Assembly (NCBI GenBank): GCA_036554505.1
Contig: DATBND010000305.1
Coordinates: 1-36,085 of the forward strand
From: Actinomycetota bacterium
GTDB taxonomy: Bacteria; Actinomycetota; CADDZG01; WHSQ01
Reading direction: 5' to 3'
Length of the DNA: 36,085 nt
Made by a program: the position numbers and the translations under genes
Part shown: in pieces, positions 15,891 through 24,619 of the stretch
How the letters are laid out: the number at the start of each line of letters is the position of its first letter
Position numbering within the stretch: the first letter of the stretch is position 1
Notes under the pieces: model-generated
What the model was told of the DNA's origin: nothing
What the model saw: only the letters and a program-made list of their open reading frames with translations
The model's database searches: none

Positions 15891-16406
15891 ATGCGAGCGA
15901 TCGCGGTCGGTCTCGTCTCGTTTCTCGCCCTTGCTGCGTGCGACGGCGATCCTCAGCCGGACCGAGCCGGCCCCCTCGCGCCCAGCTCCTCGCCGCGCGC
16001 ACAGCGTGCCGACGAGACGACCGTGGTGATCGGGCGATCGCTCCCCGACGGCCCGGTGTTCATCGAGGGCTCTGCCGCTTATGCGACGTTGCGCGCCACA
16101 GGCTCTGGAGAGGTCGCTCTCACCGGTTTCTTCGACGTCCCCCGCGTGCCGGGCGGCGACAACCACTGGCCGCAACGCTTGAGGGCGCGCGTCCCGTCGG
16201 GCCGCTACGAGCTCATCGCGTATCAGCGCCCATGTGACGCGTCCGCGTGCTCGGACTCGGAACCGGGCGGCTGGGGCGCGCCGACCGGGCGCTGCAAAAC
16301 GCAGGTTCGGCTCGCGCCGGGTCACGTGTTCGAGATCACCGTCGTGGCAGACGCGGATGGATGCGGCTTCGAGACGGCCACGTACCTTCGCGGGGAGACG
16401 GGCTAA
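15891..16406 (+). CDS. Hypothetical lipoprotein
   Basis: ATG at 15891 follows GAAGGAGG. MRAIAVGLVSFLALAACDG contains a lipobox. This is the C-terminal part of track ORF 15345..16406, whose upstream part is Arg-rich shadow. Confidence 0.6.
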   Translation: MRAIAVGLVSFLALAACDGDPQPDRAGPLAPSSSPRAQRADETTVVIGRSLPDGPVFIEGSAAYATLRATGSGEVALTGFFDVPRVPGGDNHWPQRLRARVPSGRYELIAYQRPCDASACSDSEPGGWGAPTGRCKTQVRLAPGHVFEITVVADADGCGFETATYLRGETG

Positions 16407-16416
16407 CCGGCGCGCG

Positions 16417-16956
16417 TCACGCGTCGGCCGCGCTGTTCAACACCCTGAGCACCTCGTCCTCGATCGCCGGGCCCGCGTCCTTGCTCAATGCGACATGGAC
16501 CGTGAAGTAGTAGCCACCGTGGACGAAGTCCATTCGATAGGTCGGCCGACAGCCCGTCGTCTCGTAAGCCGCAAACGTGTCGTGGTCGAGATGGATCTCC
16601 CCCGGCGTCTGCGCGGAGGGCCCGGTCGCAGCCCGCACTTCCCCTCGATAGGCAAATCCGAGGACGAAGGCCTTCTCCAGGTCGAGGAGTGATCCGAGTG
16701 CGCCGGTCTTGCGATCGCACATGTCTCCCAGGTTGAAGCTGTGGCGCGCGGCCATCTGGAAAGACCACGAATCGGGGGCCTGACGGCTGACGGCGTAGGA
16801 CCACTGCCGCGGAAGCGTCATCGTGGTGGCCGCGATCTCGATCTCGTCGGCCCCGGCGGCCGGGCGCGACGGCGAGCCTGCGGTGGACGTGTCGTCTGAC
16901 GGTGTGCATGCGACCGCAAGCACGAGGGCTGCGGCCGCCACGGCGAGCGATCTCAT
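16417..16956 (-). CDS. Hypothetical lipoprotein
   Basis: MRSLAVAAAALVLAVACTPSDD contains a lipobox. 179 aa, convergent with the previous gene with a 10-bp gap. No family recognised. Confidence 0.65.
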   Translation of the reverse strand: MRSLAVAAAALVLAVACTPSDDTSTAGSPSRPAAGADEIEIAATTMTLPRQWSYAVSRQAPDSWSFQMAARHSFNLGDMCDRKTGALGSLLDLEKAFVLGFAYRGEVRAATGPSAQTPGEIHLDHDTFAAYETTGCRPTYRMDFVHGGYYFTVHVALSKDAGPAIEDEVLRVLNSAADA

Positions 16957-16992
16957 ATGTTCCTGAGACGGCCGAAACCGCCATCGAGTTCA

Positions 16993-17020
16993 CGCCCGCG
17001 CCCTATTCCGCGCGCGGGCG
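16993..17020 (-). terminator. GC-rich hairpin downstream of the PH-like gene
   Basis: CGCCCGCGC (16993-17001) pairs with GCGCGGGCG (17012-17020) around a 10-nt loop. It lies between the stop at 17028 and the next start at 16956. No U-tract follows. Confidence 0.3.
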
Positions 17021-17027
17021 GGAGGGA

Positions 17028-17498
17028 TCAGGCGGCGCCGAACTGGGACTCGAGCGCCTCGACGAACGGCTTCGTCTTCTGCTTCGCCACGTCGAGCTCG
17101 ATAGCGGAGCCGTCGTCGAAGGTGATCTCGAGCTTGGAGATCATCAGCTTCTTGTTGTACTTCGCCGACGCGATCCGATCGAAGGGCAAGTGCACGCCGG
17201 CGGGGCCGGCCGTCGAGCTGTTCATCCGGCCCTCGAACGCGTGCAGCTGCTTGTCGGTCAACACGAGCCAGAACGCCGGCGACTCGGGCCACTCGGCTGC
17301 GGCGCCTTCTGCGGAACCCTCCGCCTTCCTGCGGTCGCGCAGCTCCGCAGCCGCGCTGCCGAGCGCAGACGCCGCGCTCAGGCCGCGGCGCCACGCGCCT
17401 CCCTTCGCCTCGGCGATGATCACCCCACGCACGTTCTCGCCGGGTGGGATCAAATCCGCGCTCTTCTTGAGGAACGTCTTCGTCTGGTCGAGGCCCAC
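17028..17498 (-). CDS. Bacterial PH-domain-like (YokE/bPH-type) protein
   Basis: GTG start follows GGAAGGAG. The segments LIPPGENVRGVIIAEAKGG ... WLVLTDKQLHAFEG ... HLPFDRIASAKYNKKLMISKLEITFDDGSAIELDV fit the strand pattern of small bacterial PH-like domains. Family call is from memory. Confidence 0.6.
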   Translation of the reverse strand: MGLDQTKTFLKKSADLIPPGENVRGVIIAEAKGGAWRRGLSAASALGSAAAELRDRRKAEGSAEGAAAEWPESPAFWLVLTDKQLHAFEGRMNSSTAGPAGVHLPFDRIASAKYNKKLMISKLEITFDDGSAIELDVAKQKTKPFVEALESQFGAA

Positions 17499-17547
17499 CT
17501 GCTCTCCTTCCGTAAGCCGCCCTGTCCGGACGATATTGCCCGAGCGA

Positions 17548-19701
17548 TCAGATGGGAAGGGAGAGCGCGCGCGGAAACTCCAAGCGGACGCGCATCGTCG
17601 TCAGCAGGGGCGTGACATCACTGCCTTCCGGTCCCAACGCCAACGCCGCACGGTGCGTGCCGTGCAATCGGAGGGATGCCAAGCGGCCGGGACCTCCGAA
17701 CATTGGCGGCGACGTGACCCTGCCCGCCCCGCGCCGCTCTCGCGAGCCGGGCGCGGACGTCTCGCAATTGACGGTCGACTCGGCCGCGATACAAAGATCG
17801 AGCCCGTCACCCCCGTCGGCCTCGTCCGCTCCCTCGCCGGCAAAAAGACGGTCGTCTCCGGCGCGACCCTCGACACGGTCGTCGCCGGGGCCCGCCAGGA
17901 TCTCGTCGGGACCGTCGGATCCCTGGAGCACGTCGCCGTGCACGGATCCCAGGAACCTCTCGAAGCCCGCAATCCCATCGTCACCTTCGCCGGTCACGGT
18001 CCCACCTTGTGCGTCCAGCATGATCCCCGCGCTGCTGAAGCTGTAGACGACGTCGTCCCGTCCGGGTCCGCCGTCGAGCTGATCGTTACCCGGAGACAGA
18101 CCGGCGCGACCAGCGTCGCCGACGTCACCTGCAATGACGTCGTTGCCCTCGCGACCTGCGACGACATCGTCACCCGCTCCACCGTCGAGGGCCTGGCTCT
18201 CCGCCGAGCCCTCGATGGTGTCGTCGAATGGGGAGCCCACGATGCTCTCCACATGTTCGATGCGATCCGTTCCCTCGCCCGTGGCGACACCGCTCGCGAG
18301 GTCGACGTGCACCGGGACTGCCGCGGCGGAGTAATCGAGCGTCGTCAGCAGACCTCCCCCCAACACGTAGTCGTCGCCCGGGCCGAGCGAGACGATCCCG
18401 CCGGCCAGCACACGATCGTTCCCCCCGCGCGCGGAGGTCTCGTCCGAGCCTCCAAGGGTATGGATGATGTTCGGCCCGTTGCTCCCGATGAGGACGTCGT
18501 TCTCCTCGGTGCCCTCTACCGACTCGATGCTCGTGAACGCGTCTCTGCCGTGTCCCACGGCTCTGCGGGTGGTGAGGTTGACCACGACTCCTCCACGCGG
18601 CGGCGGATACACGGGAAAGTAAGACGCAACGTCGTTGCCGGCGCGACCGACGAGGCGATCGTTGCCACCCAGACCCTCGATGACGTTCTGCCGGGCATCG
18701 CCGATCAGCCGGTCGCCGTAGCGGTTCGATCCGATGAGGTTCTCGATCTCGAATAGGCGGTCGTTGCCCTCTCCATGCGCGCGTCCCGAGGCGACCGACG
18801 CGACGACGCCGCTCCGAGAGAACACCCAACTCGCGGTGTCCTCTCCGGTGCCCCCCACGAGGCGGTCGTCCCCACGCCCGCCCGCCACCAGGTCGTTGTC
18901 GGGACCTCCGTCGACCACGTCCGGTCCGGGACCGCCCTCGAGGACGTCGTAAAGGCCTGCACCGCCCGAGATGGCGTCACCCCCCGTGCCGCCGTCGAGC
19001 TGGTCGGTCTCGGGACCACCCACGAGGACGTCTCCGCCCCCGGCACCCTTGATCACGTTTGTTTGCGGACCACCGACGAGCCGATCCGAGCCCCCACCTC
19101 CCAGGATCTGATCCTGGCCGGGCCCTCCGTCGATCCCGTCGTCGCCCGCGCTCCCGAGAAGCTCGTCGCCCGCGTCGCCACCGTCGATCCGATCATCACC
19201 GCCCTGTCCCGCAATTCGGTCGGTTGCTCCCATCCCCCACACCGCATCGTCACCGACGCCGGCTGCAATCACGTCGAGCGCCGGCCCCCCTCGGATGCGG
19301 TCGTCACCCCCACCGCCGCTCACGACGTGCTCGCCCTGTCCCGCTTCGATACGGTCCGAGCCCCCGCGCCCGACGAGGACGTCGTCGTCGTCGCCTCCTT
19401 CGAGGGTGTCGTCACCCGCTCCACCATCGAGCCCGTCCACGCCCGCGTCGCCGCGCACGACGTCGTCTCCGGGACCGCCGCAAACGAGATCGTCACCCCC
19501 TCCGGCAAGAATGACGTCATCGCCACCGCCGGCGACGATCACGTCGTCGCCCGACGTCCCGACCACGCGCTCGCTGCGGCCGGACCCGACCTTGGTGGCG
19601 GTCTGGTGGTTGCACTGCGGGGCAGCCGCGGCCGGGGGACCGGGAAGAGTCGCCATGAGCGCTCCCGAGCAAATCCCGATGAGAACCCGCCTCAGTTTCA
19701 C
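17548..19701 (-). CDS. Secreted calcium-binding RTX (hemolysin-type GGxGxD nonapeptide) repeat protein
   Basis: GTG at 19701 follows GGAGGTGAC. Signal peptide VKLRRVLIGICSGALMATLPGPPAAAAP. Dozens of GGxGxDxL/V/I units follow (GGGDDVILAGGGDDLVCGGPGDDVVRGDAGVDGLDGGAGDDTLEGG...). The ORF-track start at 19797 adds an unlikely Pro/Arg-rich extension. Confidence 0.8.
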   Translation of the reverse strand: MKLRRVLIGICSGALMATLPGPPAAAAPQCNHQTATKVGSGRSERVVGTSGDDVIVAGGGDDVILAGGGDDLVCGGPGDDVVRGDAGVDGLDGGAGDDTLEGGDDDDVLVGRGGSDRIEAGQGEHVVSGGGGDDRIRGGPALDVIAAGVGDDAVWGMGATDRIAGQGGDDRIDGGDAGDELLGSAGDDGIDGGPGQDQILGGGGSDRLVGGPQTNVIKGAGGGDVLVGGPETDQLDGGTGGDAISGGAGLYDVLEGGPGPDVVDGGPDNDLVAGGRGDDRLVGGTGEDTASWVFSRSGVVASVASGRAHGEGNDRLFEIENLIGSNRYGDRLIGDARQNVIEGLGGNDRLVGRAGNDVASYFPVYPPPRGGVVVNLTTRRAVGHGRDAFTSIESVEGTEENDVLIGSNGPNIIHTLGGSDETSARGGNDRVLAGGIVSLGPGDDYVLGGGLLTTLDYSAAAVPVHVDLASGVATGEGTDRIEHVESIVGSPFDDTIEGSAESQALDGGAGDDVVAGREGNDVIAGDVGDAGRAGLSPGNDQLDGGPGRDDVVYSFSSAGIMLDAQGGTVTGEGDDGIAGFERFLGSVHGDVLQGSDGPDEILAGPGDDRVEGRAGDDRLFAGEGADEADGGDGLDLCIAAESTVNCETSAPGSRERRGAGRVTSPPMFGGPGRLASLRLHGTHRAALALGPEGSDVTPLLTTMRVRLEFPRALSLPI

Positions 19702-19847
19702 GTCACCTCCGCCGCCGCAGGAGTCTTTGATCCTAGGACGGGCCGCCTGTGGCCGGGTTCGGGGAGCGCCACGCGGGGGAATATAGGGTGGGTTCACACC
19801 GTTTGACCTGCTGAGAACGCCAAACGCCCCCGAAAAGGAGCACGGGA

Positions 19848-20162
19848 ATGCAAGAGGTCGGAGATCAGGACTTCAACGAAGTCGTACTCGCCTCGGACAC
19901 TCCGGTCGTGGTCGACTTCTGGGCCGAATGGTGCGGGCCGTGCCGCCTCGTGCACCCCGAGCTCGAGAAGATCAAGACCGAGTACGACGGCAAGGTGAAG
20001 GTCGTAAAGCTCAACATCGACGACGCCCCTGGAGTCGCGGCCAAGTACGGGATCATGAGCATCCCGACGATCGCCTTGTTCGTCGACGGGGCGGTCAGGT
20101 CTCAGGTCGTCGGAGCCCGCCCGAAGGACGACATCGTCATGGGCCTCGGGCTCAACGCATAG
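19848..20162 (+). CDS. trxA: Thioredoxin
   Basis: 104 aa. ATG follows AAAGGAG. The WCGPC active site sits in VVVDFWAEWCGPCR, with SIPTIALF further downstream. Confidence 0.95.
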   Translation: MQEVGDQDFNEVVLASDTPVVVDFWAEWCGPCRLVHPELEKIKTEYDGKVKVVKLNIDDAPGVAAKYGIMSIPTIALFVDGAVRSQVVGARPKDDIVMGLGLNA

Positions 20163-20183
20163 CGTCACTCACGACAAGACCTA

Positions 20184-20211
20184 GGCCCTCGCTTCGGCGG
20201 GGGCCTTTTTT
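20184..20211 (+). terminator. Intrinsic terminator after trxA
   Basis: GGCCCTCGC-TTCG-GCGGGGGCC (9-bp stem with one G-U pair, UUCG tetraloop) followed by TTTTTT. Confidence 0.85.
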
Positions 20212-20299
20212 CGTGGGAGCGAGGCCGCTCGGTAGAATTCGTCGCTCTGCAACACGGCGGGTCGTCTCGTTGACACGCCAGCAAGCAACACAGCAACAA

Positions 20300-20374
20300 G
20301 GGCCCATAGCTCAGCTCGGTTAGAGCGCACCCCTGATAAGGGTGAGGCCGATGGTTCAAATCCATCTGGGCCCA
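20300..20374 (+). tRNA. tRNA-Ile (anticodon GAT)
   Basis: GGGCCCATAGCTCAGCTCGGTTAGAGCGCACCCCTGATAAGGGTGAGGCCGATGGTTCAAATCCATCTGGGCCCA. Clean cloverleaf with anticodon loop CTGATAA and T-loop TTCAAAT. CCA is not encoded. Confidence 0.95.
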
Positions 20375-20377
20375 CTG

Positions 20378-21013
20378 ATGGCTTCATCCCCGCTCGACCC
20401 GGCCGGCGTGGCCGATCTCCTCGACTGGAAGCGCCGGGTGTTCACCCTGTACGCGGAGGTGCGCGCCGCCCCACCCGAGACGGGCTGGAACCGGTGGACG
20501 GCGGAGCGCGACGAGATGTTCCGCATGCACCCGCAGTCGCCGCTTGCACCGGATGCGCGCGACGACTTCCGGGGCCTCCCGTACTTCGACTACGACCCCG
20601 GCGCGCGCGTCGAAGCAACGGTGGAGGCGGCGGATCCGCACCACTACGACACCGCGACGAGCGGCGACGGGACGTACGGGTTCACGCGCTTCGCCCGCGC
20701 GCGCTTCGAGCTCGCCGGCAGAGCGCTCGCGCTCGAGCTGTACTGGCTCGACGGCTACGGCGGAGGTCTGTTCGTGCCGTTTCGCGACGCGACGAGCGGA
20801 GCCGAGACGTACGGGGCGGGCCGTTACCTGCTCGACACCGTGAAGGGGGCCGATCTCGGCACGACGGAAGACGGTCGTCTCGTGCTCGACTTCAACCTCG
20901 CGTACAACCCGTCGTGCGCGTACGACCCGCAATGGGTCTGCCCGCTCGCGCCGCCGCCGAACCGTCTCGACGTCCGCATCGAAGCCGGCGAACGTCTCGT
21001 TGGCGGGAGCTGA
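20378..21013 (+). CDS. DUF1684 domain protein
   Basis: The segments LLDWKRRVFTLYAEVRA, RMHPQSPL, FRGLPYFDYDP, YGGGLFVPFRDATSGAETYGAGRYLLD, LVLDFNLAYNPSCAYDPQWVCPLAPPPNRL and IEAGE fit the DUF1684 pattern. The ATG at 20378 is only 3 nt past the tRNA-Ile 3' end. An alternative GTG lies at 20408. Confidence 0.8.
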   Translation: MASSPLDPAGVADLLDWKRRVFTLYAEVRAAPPETGWNRWTAERDEMFRMHPQSPLAPDARDDFRGLPYFDYDPGARVEATVEAADPHHYDTATSGDGTYGFTRFARARFELAGRALALELYWLDGYGGGLFVPFRDATSGAETYGAGRYLLDTVKGADLGTTEDGRLVLDFNLAYNPSCAYDPQWVCPLAPPPNRLDVRIEAGERLVGGS

Positions 21014-21091
21014 GACGGGGGGCACTGCGAACTCTTCGCCCTGACTTGCGCATAGCGAAACGCGAAGCGGAAAGGTCGAGAGCAGGCGAGG

Positions 21092-22078
21092 CTAAGGCGC
21101 TACTTCGAGGTCCCCCCAGAAGAATCGGTGGTTCGAGTAGAACTTCGGCGGGTTCTTCACGTCGCCGTCTGCGTTCTCGATACCGTCGGTGGTGAAGATC
21201 CAGTCGACTCCGAGCGGAAGGCGCTTGCTCCAGTGCTTCTGCTCCTGGACGTGCCACAGCGCCTCGGTGTAGCCCGGGTCCGCAGACGACAGCGAGCTCC
21301 AGAACGGCGTCACCTTGCAGGGGTCCTTCGACCGGCAGCGCGTCTGGTTGAAGTCGCCGCCGATGACCTTGGTCACCCCGTCGTACTTGCGATCCATGAA
21401 CGCGGCGAGCCGCTCGACCCACGGCCCGTACTTCTTGCGCGTCTTCGCGTTGTTCTTCGGCGCCTTGGGCAGATGAACGCTCATGAGCCCGACCTCGGCG
21501 TCGCCGTCGCGCTCGGTCGCGCTCGCATATGCCTGGCCCTTGTACTCCTTGTAGCTCTTCTTCGGGTTCCCCCACGGGTTGTAGATGCGGACGAAGTCGC
21601 CGGCCTCGAGCTTCATCGTCGCCGAGTTGACGAGGATCGCGGTCTCGGTCGAGTACCAGACCTTGTGCGGGCGCTTCTCCCACGGCTCCCGGCGCAGTCG
21701 CTGCCCCACACGGTAGCGATCGCCGGTCTTCTTCTCGAGCAACTGCGCGATCCGGTCGACCGCCTTCTTGCGCGCGTCTTGCAGCAGGACCACGTCGGGG
21801 CGGAAGGGAACCTGTTTCAGCATGCGCGGCACGAGCACGCCGAGCTCGGACATGCTCTTCAGGTCGTCGGCGCCGAAAGCCTCCTGCACGTTGGCAGTCA
21901 CGACCACGATTCGGCCTGCGGGCGAGGGCTCGCGGCGCGTCGCATACGTGGCCGGAGCGTGGCTCCCATCGGGCGACGAGCTCATCTGCGCGCCGCTTGC
22001 CGCGACCGCGAGCGCCCCCAGGCCAGCGAGAACCGCGCTGACGATCAGACGTGTGCCGAAACCCTGCCGTGCGTGCAA
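21092..22078 (-). CDS. Secreted endonuclease/exonuclease/phosphatase (EEP) family protein
   Basis: TTG start follows GAAGGGGG. Signal peptide LIVSAVLAGLGALAVAASGA. EEP-like strands IVVVTANVQE, PDVVLLQD, IGGDFN, VDWIFT and the terminal SNHRF motif. Confidence 0.7.
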   Translation of the reverse strand: MHARQGFGTRLIVSAVLAGLGALAVAASGAQMSSSPDGSHAPATYATRREPSPAGRIVVVTANVQEAFGADDLKSMSELGVLVPRMLKQVPFRPDVVLLQDARKKAVDRIAQLLEKKTGDRYRVGQRLRREPWEKRPHKVWYSTETAILVNSATMKLEAGDFVRIYNPWGNPKKSYKEYKGQAYASATERDGDAEVGLMSVHLPKAPKNNAKTRKKYGPWVERLAAFMDRKYDGVTKVIGGDFNQTRCRSKDPCKVTPFWSSLSSADPGYTEALWHVQEQKHWSKRLPLGVDWIFTTDGIENADGDVKNPPKFYSNHRFFWGDLEVAP

Positions 22079-22172
22079 CGTGACCCCCTTCGCCGGACAC
22101 CGCCCGGGCTTGCTTTTGACCCTCCTCGAGAGAATCGTCCATCAATCACGGCCAGTTGAGCGACACGCGAGA

Positions 22173-22196
22173 AAGGGCGCCCCTAGGAGCGCCCTT
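22173..22196 (-). terminator. Intrinsic terminator after the ABC-transporter operon
   Basis: AAGGGCGC (22173-22180) pairs with GCGCCCTT (22189-22196) around an 8-nt loop. On the minus strand it is followed by TTTCTC. Confidence 0.6.
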
Positions 22197-22219
22197 GTCC
22201 CGAAATGCACACTGACGTA

Positions 22220-23155
22220 CTAGAGCAAGCCCTCCTCTTCGAGGAAGCCCTGCGCGACGTCCGCCGCGTCCTCGTGCTCGAGCTCGACCTGCGAGTTCAG
22301 CTCGATCATCGCCTCGGTCGTAAGCGCCGCGCTCACCTCGTTCAAGAGGCTGGTCACCTCGTCCGAGTTTGCATCGTCCCTGATGACGGGCGTGATGGCC
22401 TCCGCCGGCTGCAGCCCCTTGTCGTCCTCGAGCGTGACGAACCCGTTGGCCTCGATCGCGCTCGACGTCGTGAACAGCAGAGCGACGTCGATCTCACCCT
22501 TCTTGAGGGCCGCCACGGTCAGCGGTCCGCCGACGTCCAGCGGACGGAACTCGCCGAAGGTGATCCCGTAGGTGTCCTCGAGGCCGGGGATGCAGAAGGG
22601 TCGCTCGGGGCACTCGGGCGGACCGCCGAGAGTGAGATCGCCTGCGACGGGAGCGAGGTCGCTCGTCGTCGTGAGCCCGTGCTCGTCCGCCGTCTCCTGC
22701 GTGACGAAGAACCCGTTCGTGTCGTTCGCCTCCGACGGCTCGAGCATCGTCATCTCGTACTCGGCGAGAAGCTCGTTGTTCGCCTCCACGCCCGCCGCGC
22801 CGTCCGACGGCGGGGTCGCGTCGGGGTCGAGGAAGAGAAGGAGCGATCCCGTGTACTCCGGCGCGACGTCGACCTCGCCGTCGCGCATCGCGGGTTGCAG
22901 GATCTCGCGCGACTTCAGGTCGACCTGTCGGTTCACTTCGTAGCCTGCGTTCTCGAGAACCTGCGCGTACATCTCTGCCACGATCTGGTTCTCTGCGAAG
23001 CCGACGGCCCCCACGGTGAGCGAGCCTTTCGCCTCGTCACCTCCGCCTGCATCCGTGCCGCCGTTCTCGTCGCTCTCTCCCGACCCGCACGCGGCTGCAA
23101 ACAACGACAGCGCGAGCAAGGTCGCCCCGAGAGCAATCCTGCGGGGTTTCCGCAT
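22220..23155 (-). CDS. Osmoprotectant (glycine betaine/choline/carnitine, OpuC/OpuB-type) ABC transporter substrate-binding lipoprotein
   Basis: ATG follows AAGGGAGG. Lipobox LSLFAAACGS. The segments LTVGAVGFAENQIVAEMYAQVLENAGYEV and VDVAPEYTGSLL are typical of the OpuBC/OpuCC family. Confidence 0.85.
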   Translation of the reverse strand: MRKPRRIALGATLLALSLFAAACGSGESDENGGTDAGGGDEAKGSLTVGAVGFAENQIVAEMYAQVLENAGYEVNRQVDLKSREILQPAMRDGEVDVAPEYTGSLLLFLDPDATPPSDGAAGVEANNELLAEYEMTMLEPSEANDTNGFFVTQETADEHGLTTTSDLAPVAGDLTLGGPPECPERPFCIPGLEDTYGITFGEFRPLDVGGPLTVAALKKGEIDVALLFTTSSAIEANGFVTLEDDKGLQPAEAITPVIRDDANSDEVTSLLNEVSAALTTEAMIELNSQVELEHEDAADVAQGFLEEEGLL

Positions 23156-23229
23156 GGGTCTCGCCTCCCTTTCTGGGGCAAAGGTCTTTACCCCTGCCTC
23201 TATCGACCGGGGAACCCTAAACGGGTGGC

Positions 23230-23955
23230 CTAGATTCCCTGCCCCGGAGCCCCGACTTGACCCGCGGTCCGGAATGCCGGAAGCACTCGGCGCCGGTCCG
23301 ACGCAGTCCTCGGGCTGAGCGCGCGCTGCACGACGCCGAACACCGTCTCGGTGAGGATCGCGACGACCGCTACGAGGATCGCGCCGGCGACGACCTCGAC
23401 CCGGTCACCCGTCGCGAACCCGTCGATGATGTAGCGGCCCAGGCCCCCCCACCCGATGAGCGCGGCGAGCGTCGCGGTGGCTACTACCTGAACCGCAGAC
23501 GTCCTGAGACCGGCCAGCATCAACGGGACGGACAGCGGAAGCTCGAGTCGCCGCAAGACCTGGCCACCCGTCATGCCCATGCCGCGCGCCGATTCCACCG
23601 TGTCACGGTCGACGCCCTGGACCCCGACGTAGGTGTTCGTCAGGATCGGAGGGATCGCGAGCACGACCAGAGTGACGAGCGTCGGCTTGAAGCCGATTCC
23701 GAGGAACGGCACCGCCAGAGCGAGGATGGCGAACGAAGGGATCGCGCGTCCGAGGTTCGCTATCGAGACCGCGACGAAAGTCCCTTTGCGCGTATGGCCG
23801 ATGTAGAGCCCGACCGGCAGCGCAATGAGCGCGGCGAGGAGCACCGCGCCGAACGACATCTGCAGATGCTCCAGGACGCGCGCGGGGACGCCGTCGCTGC
23901 CGGACCAGTGCTCGCCGTCGGAGAACCATCCGAAGACGTTCGAGAACGTGTCCAC
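23230..23955 (-). CDS. ABC transporter permease (OpuC-type)
   Basis: Multi-TM protein containing the ESARGMGMTGGQVLRRLELPLSVPLMLAGLR segment (EAA-type permease loop). GTG start lies 1 nt after the upstream permease stop. Confidence 0.85.
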   Translation of the reverse strand: MDTFSNVFGWFSDGEHWSGSDGVPARVLEHLQMSFGAVLLAALIALPVGLYIGHTRKGTFVAVSIANLGRAIPSFAILALAVPFLGIGFKPTLVTLVVLAIPPILTNTYVGVQGVDRDTVESARGMGMTGGQVLRRLELPLSVPLMLAGLRTSAVQVVATATLAALIGWGGLGRYIIDGFATGDRVEVVAGAILVAVVAILTETVFGVVQRALSPRTASDRRRVLPAFRTAGQVGAPGQGI

Positions 23956-23956
23956 G

Positions 23957-24619
23957 TCACGCCGCCCTGGTGCGCGCGGCCGCTGTCCACGGAGTCAACA
24001 GCCGTTGCACGAGCAGAAGCAGCGCGTCCGCCACGAGCGCCAAGACCACCGACAGGACCGCCCCGACGACGACGGGGGTAGAGAAGAACAGGTTCAAGCC
24101 CTCGAGGATGAACTCGCCCAGCCCGCCCTTACCGATCAACGCAGTGACGGTGACCAAGCCGATCGTCGTCACGGTCGCGATGCGCACGCCCGCGATGATC
24201 ACCGGAAGCGCAAGGGGAAGCTCGACCTTCCACAAGAGCTGGCGACGCGTGTAGCCCATGCCGAGGGCTGCTTCCTTGGTGTCGGCCGGGACGGCATCGA
24301 GCCCGGCGACGGTGTTGCGGATCAGGATGAGGAGGGTGTAGCTCACCAGCCCGACCTCCGCTGTGGTCGTCGTCAAGCCGAAGATGGGCAGCAACAACAC
24401 GAACAGTGCAAGGCTCGGGATCGTGTACAGCAATCCCGTTATCCACGTGATCGGCGCGTACGCCCTGCGATGCCGGAAGGCGAATATCGCAAGGGGGAAG
24501 GAGATCACCAGACCGCTCACGACTGCAATGACGGTCAGGACGACGTGCTCCCACGTCTGCGTACGGATCTCGGCGAGATGATCCAGCACCCAGTCCCACT
24601 CGAACAGCGGGCCGATCAC
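23957..24619 (-). CDS. ABC transporter permease (OpuC-type)
   Basis: Starts VIGPLFEWDWVLDHLAEIRTQTWEHV. EAA loop: KEAALGMGYTRRQLLWKVELPLALPVIIAGVR. The GTG at 24619 overlaps the ATPase stop (GTGA). The upstream part of the track ORF is Arg-rich and rejected. Confidence 0.85.
   Translation of the reverse strand: MIGPLFEWDWVLDHLAEIRTQTWEHVVLTVIAVVSGLVISFPLAIFAFRHRRAYAPITWITGLLYTIPSLALFVLLLPIFGLTTTTAEVGLVSYTLLILIRNTVAGLDAVPADTKEAALGMGYTRRQLLWKVELPLALPVIIAGVRIATVTTIGLVTVTALIGKGGLGEFILEGLNLFFSTPVVVGAVLSVVLALVADALLLLVQRLLTPWTAAARTRAA

Noticed and set aside
17548-19701. Highly repetitive nucleotide pattern, considered as a possible CRISPR-like array or non-coding tandem repeat
   Set aside because: The periodicity is the 27-nt GGxGxDxUx coding repeat of one long open reading frame with a signal peptide and ribosome-binding site. 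There are no unique spacers and no invariant direct repeats.
20342-20377. ORF-track start of the DUF1684 gene at 20342
   Set aside because: These 12 codons lie inside the tRNA-Ile gene. The first plausible start is ATG 20378, just past the tRNA 3' end.
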